Source of the DNA: Candidatus Binatia bacterium
Lineage (GTDB): Bacteria > Desulfobacterota > Binatia > HRBIN30
Direction: 5' to 3'
Assembly: GCA_041497995.1 (NCBI GenBank)
Contig: JBGQHM010000111.1
Span: 1-17,016, forward strand
Length of the DNA stretch: 17,016 nt
Positions 8,634-15,390 of the stretch are shown piece after piece. Positions within the stretch are counted from its first letter, which is position 1; every line of letters starts with the position of its first letter. The translations under genes were made by a program, and so were the position numbers. The notes under the pieces were generated by a model. It had not been told where the DNA came from. It did not search any database and saw only the letters and a program-made list of their open reading frames with translations.

Positions 8634-9260
8634 TTACTTTCTCACGAAACCGCCGACGCCACGCACGATGAAGCTGTCGCACGTCGCGTCATTCAAGCGC
8701 GTCGCGATGTCGGTGGAGGAATTGGTCCCCAGACAGTTGCCCGCTCCAGCTGACTCGAGCAGCGCGACGCCGAGGACGGCGAACGGACTGCCTGAGGGAA
8801 ACGTGAGGCTGGCGAACACCGGGCCGAGATCCACTTTCACCTTGCCCTTGCCGCCCTTCAGCACGACCTTGACGTAGACATTCGTGACGTCGTCGCAGAT
8901 CGGTGGTGCTGCGGTGTCGACCGGGCAAGTGCTGACGGCGATTTTGAGGATGGGGTTGTTGGAATCGCTTTCTGTGGGCCCCGTCGTCATGAGGGCGCCG
9001 GCTCCGTCGGTCACTCCCTGGATCGTGCCAGTCACCTTGAGCGTGTCCGGAATCGTCACCTTCGATTTCGGAGACATCTTCGCCAGCGCGCATTCCGAAT
9101 TGTCAAACCCGCAGCTGAGACCCACGTTCAAGCAGAAGCCGGGACCGACGAAACAATCGGGCGGAGCGGGGATGATGTTCAGCTGGACCTTTGTCCCGGC
9201 CGCGGCCTGCGTGGCAACCAAGGAAAGCATCAACGCGAGCAAAGAGAATCGTCTGCTCAT
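8634..9260 (-). CDS. Secreted hypothetical protein (Sec signal peptide, 8 Cys)
   Basis: ATG at 9260 on the minus strand, with GGGGAGG about 9 nt upstream. The N-terminus 'MSRRFSLLALMLSLVATQAAAG' is a classic signal peptide. The track ORF start at 9332 is an upstream read-through. The body is G/T/S-rich with paired Cys. Confidence 0.6.
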   Translation of the reverse strand: MSRRFSLLALMLSLVATQAAAGTKVQLNIIPAPPDCFVGPGFCLNVGLSCGFDNSECALAKMSPKSKVTIPDTLKVTGTIQGVTDGAGALMTTGPTESDSNNPILKIAVSTCPVDTAAPPICDDVTNVYVKVVLKGGKGKVKVDLGPVFASLTFPSGSPFAVLGVALLESAGAGNCLGTNSSTDIATRLNDATCDSFIVRGVGGFVRK

Positions 9261-9339
9261 GATCACTACCTCCCCTTCTTGTTTTTTGCGATGGTGCTCC
9301 CAGGCAGGCAAAGTTGTCAAGCGTACCTGCACATCGGTC

Positions 9340-9368
9340 TTGACTTAACGAACGTTTGTTCGTAGCTA
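9340..9368 (+). promoter_or_regulatory. Sigma-70-like promoter (TTGACT-N17-TAGCTA) overlapped by a palindromic TetR-type operator ACGAAC-gttt-GTTCGT (9348-9363)
   Basis: Seen in sequence in the 128-bp divergent intergenic region between the secreted-protein gene and the TetR gene. Confidence 0.5.
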
Positions 9369-9388
9369 CAGCCGGGGTCTCCAATCCA

Positions 9389-10069
9389 GTGGTCACGAGC
9401 GTACGCAAGGCCAAACGCGCGGCAACGCCGACGCCGGCGCTACCGACGCGCGAGGTGATTCTCGACACTGCCGAGCGGCTGTTCGCCATGCATGGGGTGG
9501 ACAGCGTGGCGCTGCGCGATCTGGCGCGCGAGATGAACCTGACGGCACCGAGTTTGTACAACCACTTCCCCAGCAAGCAGGCACTGTACGACGCGGTACT
9601 GGACCGCGGCTTGCGGCCGATCCTCGAAGCGATTGCCGCGGCGTGGCATCCCGGCGCACTGCGCGCCGAACAGATGCGCGCCACGGTCGATACGCTGACG
9701 ACTCACCTCGCCACCCACCCGCATCTCGCCCGCCTGCTGCAGCGCGCGATGCTCGACCAGAGCGAGAGCGTGCAGAAACTCATGAGTCGCTGGCTCACGC
9801 CGCTGTACGTCGAGGGCATCGCTGTGATTCGCGAGACCGCCGGCGACGCCGGCTGGGAGGCAGACGAGGTGCCGCATCTCACCCTCGGATTGTTTGGGAT
9901 GGTCTTCGCGTATTTTACCAACGCCGCTGCGCTGCAATCGTTTGTTGCCGGCAGCGGCGATCCCATGTCACCGCAAGCGCTGGCGATCCAGCGCCGCGTC
10001 ATCGAAAAGGCGATCTACCGCTTGCTCGGGCCGCTGCCGCGCGGCGCCGAACGCAGAAAGAAGGCATGA
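9389..10069 (+). CDS. TetR/AcrR family transcriptional regulator
   Basis: HTH segment 'EVILDTAERLFAMHGVDSVALRDLAREMNLTAPSLYNHFPSKQALY'. The start is uncertain: GTG at 9389 is preferred, because the TTG at 9356 listed by the track lies inside the operator and promoter. Stop is TGA at 10067-10069. Confidence 0.75.
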   Translation: MVTSVRKAKRAATPTPALPTREVILDTAERLFAMHGVDSVALRDLAREMNLTAPSLYNHFPSKQALYDAVLDRGLRPILEAIAAAWHPGALRAEQMRATVDTLTTHLATHPHLARLLQRAMLDQSESVQKLMSRWLTPLYVEGIAVIRETAGDAGWEADEVPHLTLGLFGMVFAYFTNAAALQSFVAGSGDPMSPQALAIQRRVIEKAIYRLLGPLPRGAERRKKA

Positions 10070-10073
10070 GAGC

Positions 10074-11195
10074 ATGGCTGCAGCTGAACAGGGAAAGATC
10101 ACCGACGAAGGCATCGCTAAGCTGCGCGAACGCGTCGGCAAAGGCTTCGAAGGCCGGCGCCCGTGGCGCACTGAAGTCACGCGCGACGCCATTTATCACC
10201 TCGCGTTGGCGATCGGCGACCTCAACCCGCTGTACCTCGACGAGGAGTACGCCAAGAAGACGCGCTGGGGGACGCTGCTGGCGCCGCCGATCATCGTGCA
10301 GACGATGGACACGCTGCGCGCCGTCGGCCACAGCGGTCTGCCCGAAGGCCTGCCGGGCGTGCACTCCATCTGGACCGGCTCGCTCTATGAGTGGGTACGT
10401 CCGCCGCAGCTCGGTGACCGCATTCGCGCCGACTCCTACATGAAGGAGATCCGCGAGAAGGACAGCACCTTCGGCGGCGGCCGCGCGCTCTATCAAACCT
10501 ACGAGGCCAAGTACTACGACCAGAACGGTACCTACATGGGCGTCCGCAACGACACCTGGATTCGCATCGAGCGCGCCAAGACGGCGGAGAAAAAGAAATA
10601 CGGCGACATCAAGTTGGCCGAATGGAAGCCGGAAGACATCACGGGCTTCATGGAAGAGTACCGCACCGAACGACGTACGACCGCACGCTATTGGAACGAC
10701 GTGAAAGTGGGCGAGTCGATGAACCGCATCATCAAGGGCCCGCTGACACCGACCGCCGAGATCGCCTTCGAGTCATACTTCGGCATCTATTTGGTCGGCA
10801 ACAAAGTCGCCGCAAACCTGTACGCCAAGCACCCGGCGCTGATGATTCCCAACGAGCAAGGCATCCCCGAGCCACCGCAACGTGTGCATTGGGACAACGC
10901 CTTCACGCAACGTTTGCTCGGCTTGCCAGGTGCGTATGATCTCGGTCCTGAGCGGTGCTCGTGGCTCATCCAGGGGATGACCGACTGGATCGGCGACAAC
11001 GGCCGGCTGACCAAGCTCGAAGCCAAGTACCTGAAGTTCAACTACATGGGTGACGTCACCTGGGTGCAGGGCAAGGTGACCGACAAGTTCGAACAGGATG
11101 GTAAAGGCTTCGTACGCTGCGCGCTCGAATGCGTCAACCATCGCGACGAAGTTACGGCGGCGGCAACCGCCGAGGCGGAGTTGCCACACCGCTGA
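10074..11195 (+). CDS. Double hot-dog MaoC-family (R)-specific enoyl-CoA hydratase/dehydratase (MaoC_dehydrat_N plus MaoC_dehydratase)
   Basis: ATG at 10074 lies 4 nt after the TetR stop, giving a 373-aa product. The track start at 9894 is an in-frame read-through of the TetR 3' end. Two hot-dog halves are visible, one of them at 'HRDEVTAAATAEAELPHR'. Confidence 0.7.
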   Translation: MAAAEQGKITDEGIAKLRERVGKGFEGRRPWRTEVTRDAIYHLALAIGDLNPLYLDEEYAKKTRWGTLLAPPIIVQTMDTLRAVGHSGLPEGLPGVHSIWTGSLYEWVRPPQLGDRIRADSYMKEIREKDSTFGGGRALYQTYEAKYYDQNGTYMGVRNDTWIRIERAKTAEKKKYGDIKLAEWKPEDITGFMEEYRTERRTTARYWNDVKVGESMNRIIKGPLTPTAEIAFESYFGIYLVGNKVAANLYAKHPALMIPNEQGIPEPPQRVHWDNAFTQRLLGLPGAYDLGPERCSWLIQGMTDWIGDNGRLTKLEAKYLKFNYMGDVTWVQGKVTDKFEQDGKGFVRCALECVNHRDEVTAAATAEAELPHR

Positions 11196-11211
11196 TCCGA
11201 CGGAGAGCATC

Positions 11212-12447
11212 ATGAAACTGGCAGACGTCGATCTGTGCAACCTCGACCAGTTCGAGACGGGTGTCCCGCACCATGTCTTCAAACTGCTGCGTGCCGAATC
11301 GCCGGTGCACCGCCATGCGGAGCCCAATGGCGGCCCCGGGTTCTGGGTGGTCACGAAATATCACGACCTGATGAACGTTTCGAAGAACCCGGGCACGTTC
11401 TCGTCCTACAAGGGCGGCACCAATATCTTCGACGTCGAGCCGGAGCAGCTCAGCCAAACGCGGATGATCATGCTCAACATGGATCCACCGGCGCATAGCA
11501 AGTATCGCAAGCTGGTGAGCCAAGGCTTCGTACCGCGCATCGTCTCGCGGCTGGAAGAGCACGTCCGCGAGATGACGCGGCACATCGTCGACAGCATCGC
11601 CGCACGCGGCGAGTGCGACTTCGTCACCGAGGTCGCCGCCGAGCTGCCGCTGCAGGTGATCGCCGAGTTTCTCGGCGTCCCGCTCGCGGATCGCCACAAG
11701 GTCTTCGAATGGAGCAACCGCCTCATCGGCTTCGACGATCCGGAATTCAACGGCAACGCCAAGGAAGAGGGGATGCGCGCCGCCACCGAGATGTACATGT
11801 ATGCGAACCAGCTCGCCCTCGAGCGGCGCGATCATCCGCGCGACGACCTGGTCAGCGTGTTGATGCGTGGCGAGGTTGATGGCGAGCGCTTGTCGGAGAT
11901 GGAGTTCGATTCGTTCTTTCTGCTGCTCGCGGTGGCGGGGAACGAGACGACGCGCAACCTGATTTCCGGGGGCATGCTGGCGCTCATCGAACACCCCGAG
12001 CAGCGCGCGCGGCTGGTCGCCGACATGTCGCTGCTGCCCACCGCGGTCGAAGAGATGCTGCGCTGGGTGTCGCCGGTGATGCACTTCCGCCGCACCGCAA
12101 CTCGTGACACGGAGCTTCGTGGCCAGAAAATCGGCGAGGGCGAAAAGGTGGTGATCTTCTATCCGTCGGTGAACCGCGACGAGGAGATCTTTCCCGACGG
12201 TGATCAGTTCAACGTCAGCCGCAGCCCGAACGAGCATCTCGCCTTCGGTATCGGCGAACACTTCTGTATCGGGTCAAACCTTGCACGGCTTGAGATCCGA
12301 CTGATGTTCCAGGAATTGCTGACCCGCCTGCCGGACATTGAGCTGGCAGGGCCGGTACACCGCCTGCGGTCGAACTTCATCAACGGCATCAAGCGCATGC
12401 CCGTACGCTTCACCCCTGAACGCGCACACCACGCGGCACACGCGTGA
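11212..12447 (+). CDS. Cytochrome P450, CYP125/CYP142-like (steroid/alkyl side-chain terminal hydroxylase family)
   Basis: ATG at 11212 with GGAGAG 5 nt upstream. Heme-thiolate motif 'FGIGEHFCIGSNLARLE', the EXXR motif 'EEMLRW' and 'AGNETTRN' in the I-helix. The N-terminus 'MKLADVDLCNLDQFETGVPHHVF' resembles mycobacterial CYP142/CYP125. Confidence 0.85.
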   Translation: MKLADVDLCNLDQFETGVPHHVFKLLRAESPVHRHAEPNGGPGFWVVTKYHDLMNVSKNPGTFSSYKGGTNIFDVEPEQLSQTRMIMLNMDPPAHSKYRKLVSQGFVPRIVSRLEEHVREMTRHIVDSIAARGECDFVTEVAAELPLQVIAEFLGVPLADRHKVFEWSNRLIGFDDPEFNGNAKEEGMRAATEMYMYANQLALERRDHPRDDLVSVLMRGEVDGERLSEMEFDSFFLLLAVAGNETTRNLISGGMLALIEHPEQRARLVADMSLLPTAVEEMLRWVSPVMHFRRTATRDTELRGQKIGEGEKVVIFYPSVNRDEEIFPDGDQFNVSRSPNEHLAFGIGEHFCIGSNLARLEIRLMFQELLTRLPDIELAGPVHRLRSNFINGIKRMPVRFTPERAHHAAHA

Positions 12448-12458
12448 AGTGCGGCGAC

Positions 12459-13688
12459 ATGAACCTCGACGACATCGACCTGTTGAACGCCGACAACTTC
12501 GTTGCGGGCGTCCCGCACGAAGCCTTCCGTACGCTGCGCCAGCAGGCGCCGGTGTTCTGGCACAAGGAAGCCGACGGCCCTGGATTCTGGGCGGTGACGA
12601 AGTATCAGGACGTCGCCACGGTATCGCGCGACCCGCGCACCTACTCCTCGGCCAAGAAAGGGGTGTTCGTCTTCGATCCGGTGCCCGAAGATCTCCAGCG
12701 TATGCAGCTGATGATGCTCAACATGGACCCGCCGAAGCACACCAAGCTGCGGGCTCTAGTGAACAAGGGCTTCACGCCGCGTATGGTCGCGCAGCTCGAA
12801 TCGCGTCTGCGCGCCAGAACCAACGAGATCATCGACGATGTCGCCGCGAGGGGACAGTGCGACTTTGTGAGCGACATCGCCGCCGAGCTGCCGCTGCAAG
12901 CCATTGCCGAGCTGCTGGGCATCCCGCTCTCCGACCGGCATTTGGTGTTCAACTGGACCAACCGCCTGATCGGTTTCGACGACCCGGATCAGGGGTCGTG
13001 GGAGGAAGGCAAGCTCGCCGCTGCGGAGATGTACATGTACGCCAACCAGCTCGCCGCCGAGCGCCGCGACCATCCGGGTGACGACCTCGTCAGCGTGCTG
13101 ATGAACGCCGAGGTCGAAGGCGAACGGCTGACGGAGCTGGAGTTCGATCTGTTCTTCGTCCTGCTCGCCGTGGCCGGCAACGAGACGACGCGCAACCTGA
13201 TCTCCGGCGGCATGCTGGCGTTGATCGAGCATCCGGAGGAGCGCGCGCGGCTCGCGGCCAATCCCGCGTTGATGCCCACCGCCGTCGAGGAGATGCTGCG
13301 CTGGGTGTCGGCGGTCATCGAGTTCCGCCGCACCGCGACCCGCGATACCGAGCTACGCGGGCAGAAGGTCCGGGCGGGTGACAAGGTCATCATCTACTAC
13401 ATTTCGGCCAACCGCGACGAAGACGTGTTCCCCGACGCCGACCGCTTCGATGTCGGTCGTACGCCCAACGATCATCTGGCATTCGGTATCGGCGAGCATT
13501 TCTGCCTCGGATCCAATCTGGCGCGGCTGGAGATTCGCATCATGTTCGAGGAGCTGCTGCGTCGCTTGCCGGATATCGAGTTGGCCGGTGCCGTCGACCG
13601 CTTGCGTTCCAGCCTGATCAACGGCATCAAGCGTATGCCGGTGGTGTTTACTCCTGAGCGCCAGCGCCACGCCGTTGGCGGAGGATGA
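12459..13688 (+). CDS. Cytochrome P450, tandem paralog of the preceding gene (CYP125/CYP142-like)
   Basis: ATG at 12459 gives 'MNLDDIDLLNADNF', which aligns residue-for-residue with the upstream P450 N-terminus. The GTG at 12444 listed by the track overlaps the previous stop. Motifs 'FGIGEHFCLGSNLARLE', 'EEMLRW' and 'AGNETTRN'. Identical nucleotide stretches are shared, for example 11941-11966 and 13177-13202. Confidence 0.85.
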   Translation: MNLDDIDLLNADNFVAGVPHEAFRTLRQQAPVFWHKEADGPGFWAVTKYQDVATVSRDPRTYSSAKKGVFVFDPVPEDLQRMQLMMLNMDPPKHTKLRALVNKGFTPRMVAQLESRLRARTNEIIDDVAARGQCDFVSDIAAELPLQAIAELLGIPLSDRHLVFNWTNRLIGFDDPDQGSWEEGKLAAAEMYMYANQLAAERRDHPGDDLVSVLMNAEVEGERLTELEFDLFFVLLAVAGNETTRNLISGGMLALIEHPEERARLAANPALMPTAVEEMLRWVSAVIEFRRTATRDTELRGQKVRAGDKVIIYYISANRDEDVFPDADRFDVGRTPNDHLAFGIGEHFCLGSNLARLEIRIMFEELLRRLPDIELAGAVDRLRSSLINGIKRMPVVFTPERQRHAVGGG

Positions 13689-13695
13689 GGCTGCG

Positions 13696-13890
13696 ATGAA
13701 GATTCGCATCGACTACGACTTGTGTGAAGGCAACGCCGTGTGCATGAAGGTCTGCCCCGAAGTCTTCGAGGTAGGTGACGACGATCGCGCGCGGTTACGA
13801 GTTAAGGACCCGGACGAGAACCTGCGCGCGAAAGTCGAGGCAGCAGTGCGCCGCTGTCCGCGGCAAGCGCTGGCCATCGAAGCCGCCTGA
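13696..13890 (+). CDS. Small single-cluster ferredoxin (3Fe-4S/4Fe-4S FdxD-type, P450 redox-partner class)
   Basis: ATG at 13696 with GGAGGA about 9 nt upstream. 'MKIRIDYDLCEGNAVCMKVCPEVFEVGDDD...RRCPRQA' is 64 aa with four Cys in the pattern C-x5-C-x3-CP...CP. It sits 7 nt after the second P450. Confidence 0.8.
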   Translation: MKIRIDYDLCEGNAVCMKVCPEVFEVGDDDRARLRVKDPDENLRAKVEAAVRRCPRQALAIEAA

Positions 13891-13915
13891 GGCGCGCCGC
13901 CCCGCGTTGGGGACG

Positions 13916-13943
13916 TTGACTCCCATCTGATTCACGCTAGCTT
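13916..13943 (+). promoter_or_regulatory. Putative sigma-70-like promoter for the encapsulin operon (TTGACT 13916-13921, N16, TAGCTT 13938-13943)
   Basis: Seen in the 86-bp gap between fdx1 and the EncFtn gene. It has the same TTGACT...TAGCT architecture as the TetR-operon promoter at 9340. Confidence 0.4.
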
Positions 13944-13976
13944 GCGGGTTGTCGACGACTGCGAAGGGAGACCGGC

Positions 13977-14339
13977 ATGGCAAGCGACGCGTATCACGAA
14001 CCGCTGGACCTGATCTCGGAGCGTACCCGCAACCTGCACCGCGCCATCGTCAGCCTGATGGAGGAGCTGGAAGCCATCGACTGGTATCAGCAGCGTGCCG
14101 AAGCCTGCTCGGATCCGCAGCTCAAAGCCGTTCTGCTGCACAACAAGAACGAAGAGATCGAGCACGCCATGATGGTGCTCGAATGGATCCGGCGGAACGA
14201 CGAGCACTTCAATGACCCCATGAAGACGTACCTGTTCACCGAAGCGCCGATCACCGGCATCGAGAAGGCCGCCGAGGGCGAGGCTTCCGCCGCGGCGCCG
14301 AACGCGACGCTCGGTATCGGTGCCTTGAAAGGGAGGTGA
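13977..14339 (+). CDS. Encapsulated ferritin-like protein (EncFtn/Flp cargo) with C-terminal encapsulin targeting peptide
   Basis: ATG at 13977 with GGGAG 6 nt upstream. 'HEPLDLISERTRNLHRAIVSLMEELEAIDWYQQR...NKNEEIEHAMMVLEWIRRN...TYLFTEAPITG' is collinear with EncFtn, including the ExxH ferroxidase motif. A flexible linker precedes the C-terminal 'ATLGIGALKGR', which matches the family-1 cargo-loading peptide (GxGxLKG). Confidence 0.85.
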   Translation: MASDAYHEPLDLISERTRNLHRAIVSLMEELEAIDWYQQRAEACSDPQLKAVLLHNKNEEIEHAMMVLEWIRRNDEHFNDPMKTYLFTEAPITGIEKAAEGEASAAAPNATLGIGALKGR

Positions 14340-14342
14340 GCC

Positions 14343-15152
14343 GTGGACCTGCTGAAGCGGAAGCTGGCGCCGATCACGCCTGAGGCGTGGAAACAGATTG
14401 ACGAAGAGGCGAAGCGTGTCCTGCAGCTCACCCTCGCGGGCCGCAAGCTCGTCGACGTCGACGGGCCACACGGCTGGCAACACGCTGCGGTGAACACCGG
14501 CCATTTGAGCATAAAGTCGGATGCCGTTCTCGGCGTCCCGTGGGGGATTCGGGAGGTCGTGCCGTTGATTGAGCTGCGGGTACCCTTCGAGCTGTCGATT
14601 ATGGAGCTCGACAACGCGGCGCGCGGCGCGACGTTGGACTTGGAGCCTGTCGTCGCTGCGGCGGAGCGCGTCGCCCGCGCCGAGGATCTCACCATCTTCA
14701 CCGGTTTCAAGCCGGCAGGCATCGACGGCATCATCGCCCAGAGCCCGCACCCTGCGATCACCATCCCCGACGACTTCGCGAACTACCCACAGGTCGTCGT
14801 CGAGGCGGTGGAAACGTTGCGGCGCGCCGGCATCAACGGGCCCTACGCGATCGCCCTCGGACCGGACTGCTACGCCGGGCTCTCGCAGGCAGCGGAAGAC
14901 GGCTACCCGATCCGCGACCGGGTCCAGCGCTTCCTCGACGGACCGCTGGTGTGGGCACCGCAGGTTGACGGTGCCGTCGTGCTGTCCGTACGCGGCGGTG
15001 ATTTCACGCTCACGATCGGCCAGGACCTGTCGATCGGCTACGCCTCGCACAGCCACGAGAAGGTGGAGCTGTATCTGACGGAGTCGTTCGCCTTCCGTGT
15101 GCACGAGCACGGCGCCGCGGTGCACCTCAAGCCGAAACGCGGCAAGAAGTGA
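14343..15152 (+). CDS. Family-1 encapsulin nanocompartment shell protein (HK97 fold, linocin M18-like)
   Basis: GTG at 14343, 3 nt after the EncFtn stop, with GGGAGG 6 nt upstream. A 269-aa ORF. 'MDLLKRKLAPITPEAWKQIDEEAKRVL...LAGRKLVDVDGPHGW...VVPLIELRVPF...GPYAIALGPDCY...DGYPIRDRVQRFLDGPLVWAP...GGDFTLTIGQDLSIGYASH' is collinear with T. maritima/M. xanthus-type encapsulins. Confidence 0.9.
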   Translation: MDLLKRKLAPITPEAWKQIDEEAKRVLQLTLAGRKLVDVDGPHGWQHAAVNTGHLSIKSDAVLGVPWGIREVVPLIELRVPFELSIMELDNAARGATLDLEPVVAAAERVARAEDLTIFTGFKPAGIDGIIAQSPHPAITIPDDFANYPQVVVEAVETLRRAGINGPYAIALGPDCYAGLSQAAEDGYPIRDRVQRFLDGPLVWAPQVDGAVVLSVRGGDFTLTIGQDLSIGYASHSHEKVELYLTESFAFRVHEHGAAVHLKPKRGKK

Positions 15153-15195
15153 ATTGTGTTGCTGGTGCCGCGACGCGTGTGCAAGGATCGGAGAG

Positions 15196-15390
15196 ATGAA
15201 GGTTCGGGTTGACGACGATCTCTGCGAGGGAAACGCCTTGTGTATGAAAGTGTGTCCGGAAGTGTTCGAGGTCAGAGACGACGACCGGGCGCATCTGCTC
15301 ATCCTGTCCCCCGGTGAGGAACTGCGAGCGAAAGTCGAGGAGGCTGTGCGGAGGTGCCCGCGGCAGGCAATCTCGATTGTGAATGAGTGA
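15196..15390 (+). CDS. Second small ferredoxin, paralog of the gene at 13696 (FdxD-type)
   Basis: ATG at 15196, 44 nt after the shell gene, with AAGGA upstream. 'MKVRVDDDLCEGNALCMKVCPEVFEVRDDD...RRCPRQAISIVNE' has the same Cys pattern. The track start at 15097 is an upstream read-through. Confidence 0.8.
   Translation: MKVRVDDDLCEGNALCMKVCPEVFEVRDDDRAHLLILSPGEELRAKVEEAVRRCPRQAISIVNE

Noticed and set aside
9356-9388. TTG start at 9356 for the TetR gene
   Set aside because: It lies inside the operator palindrome and between the predicted -35 and -10 elements. GTG 9389 or a nearby start is more plausible, though the exact start remains uncertain.
9643-10443. 266-aa plus-strand ORF overlapping the TetR 3' end and MaoC 5' end
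   Set aside because: Out of frame with both supported genes. Arg/Ala-rich low complexity.
11152-12261. 369-aa minus-strand ORF
   Set aside because: Antisense to the first P450, which has unambiguous heme-binding and EXXR motifs.
13891-13912. Possible terminator hairpin after fdx1 (ccccgcgttgggg)
   Set aside because: Only a 4-bp stem with no U-tract. It is too weak to call.
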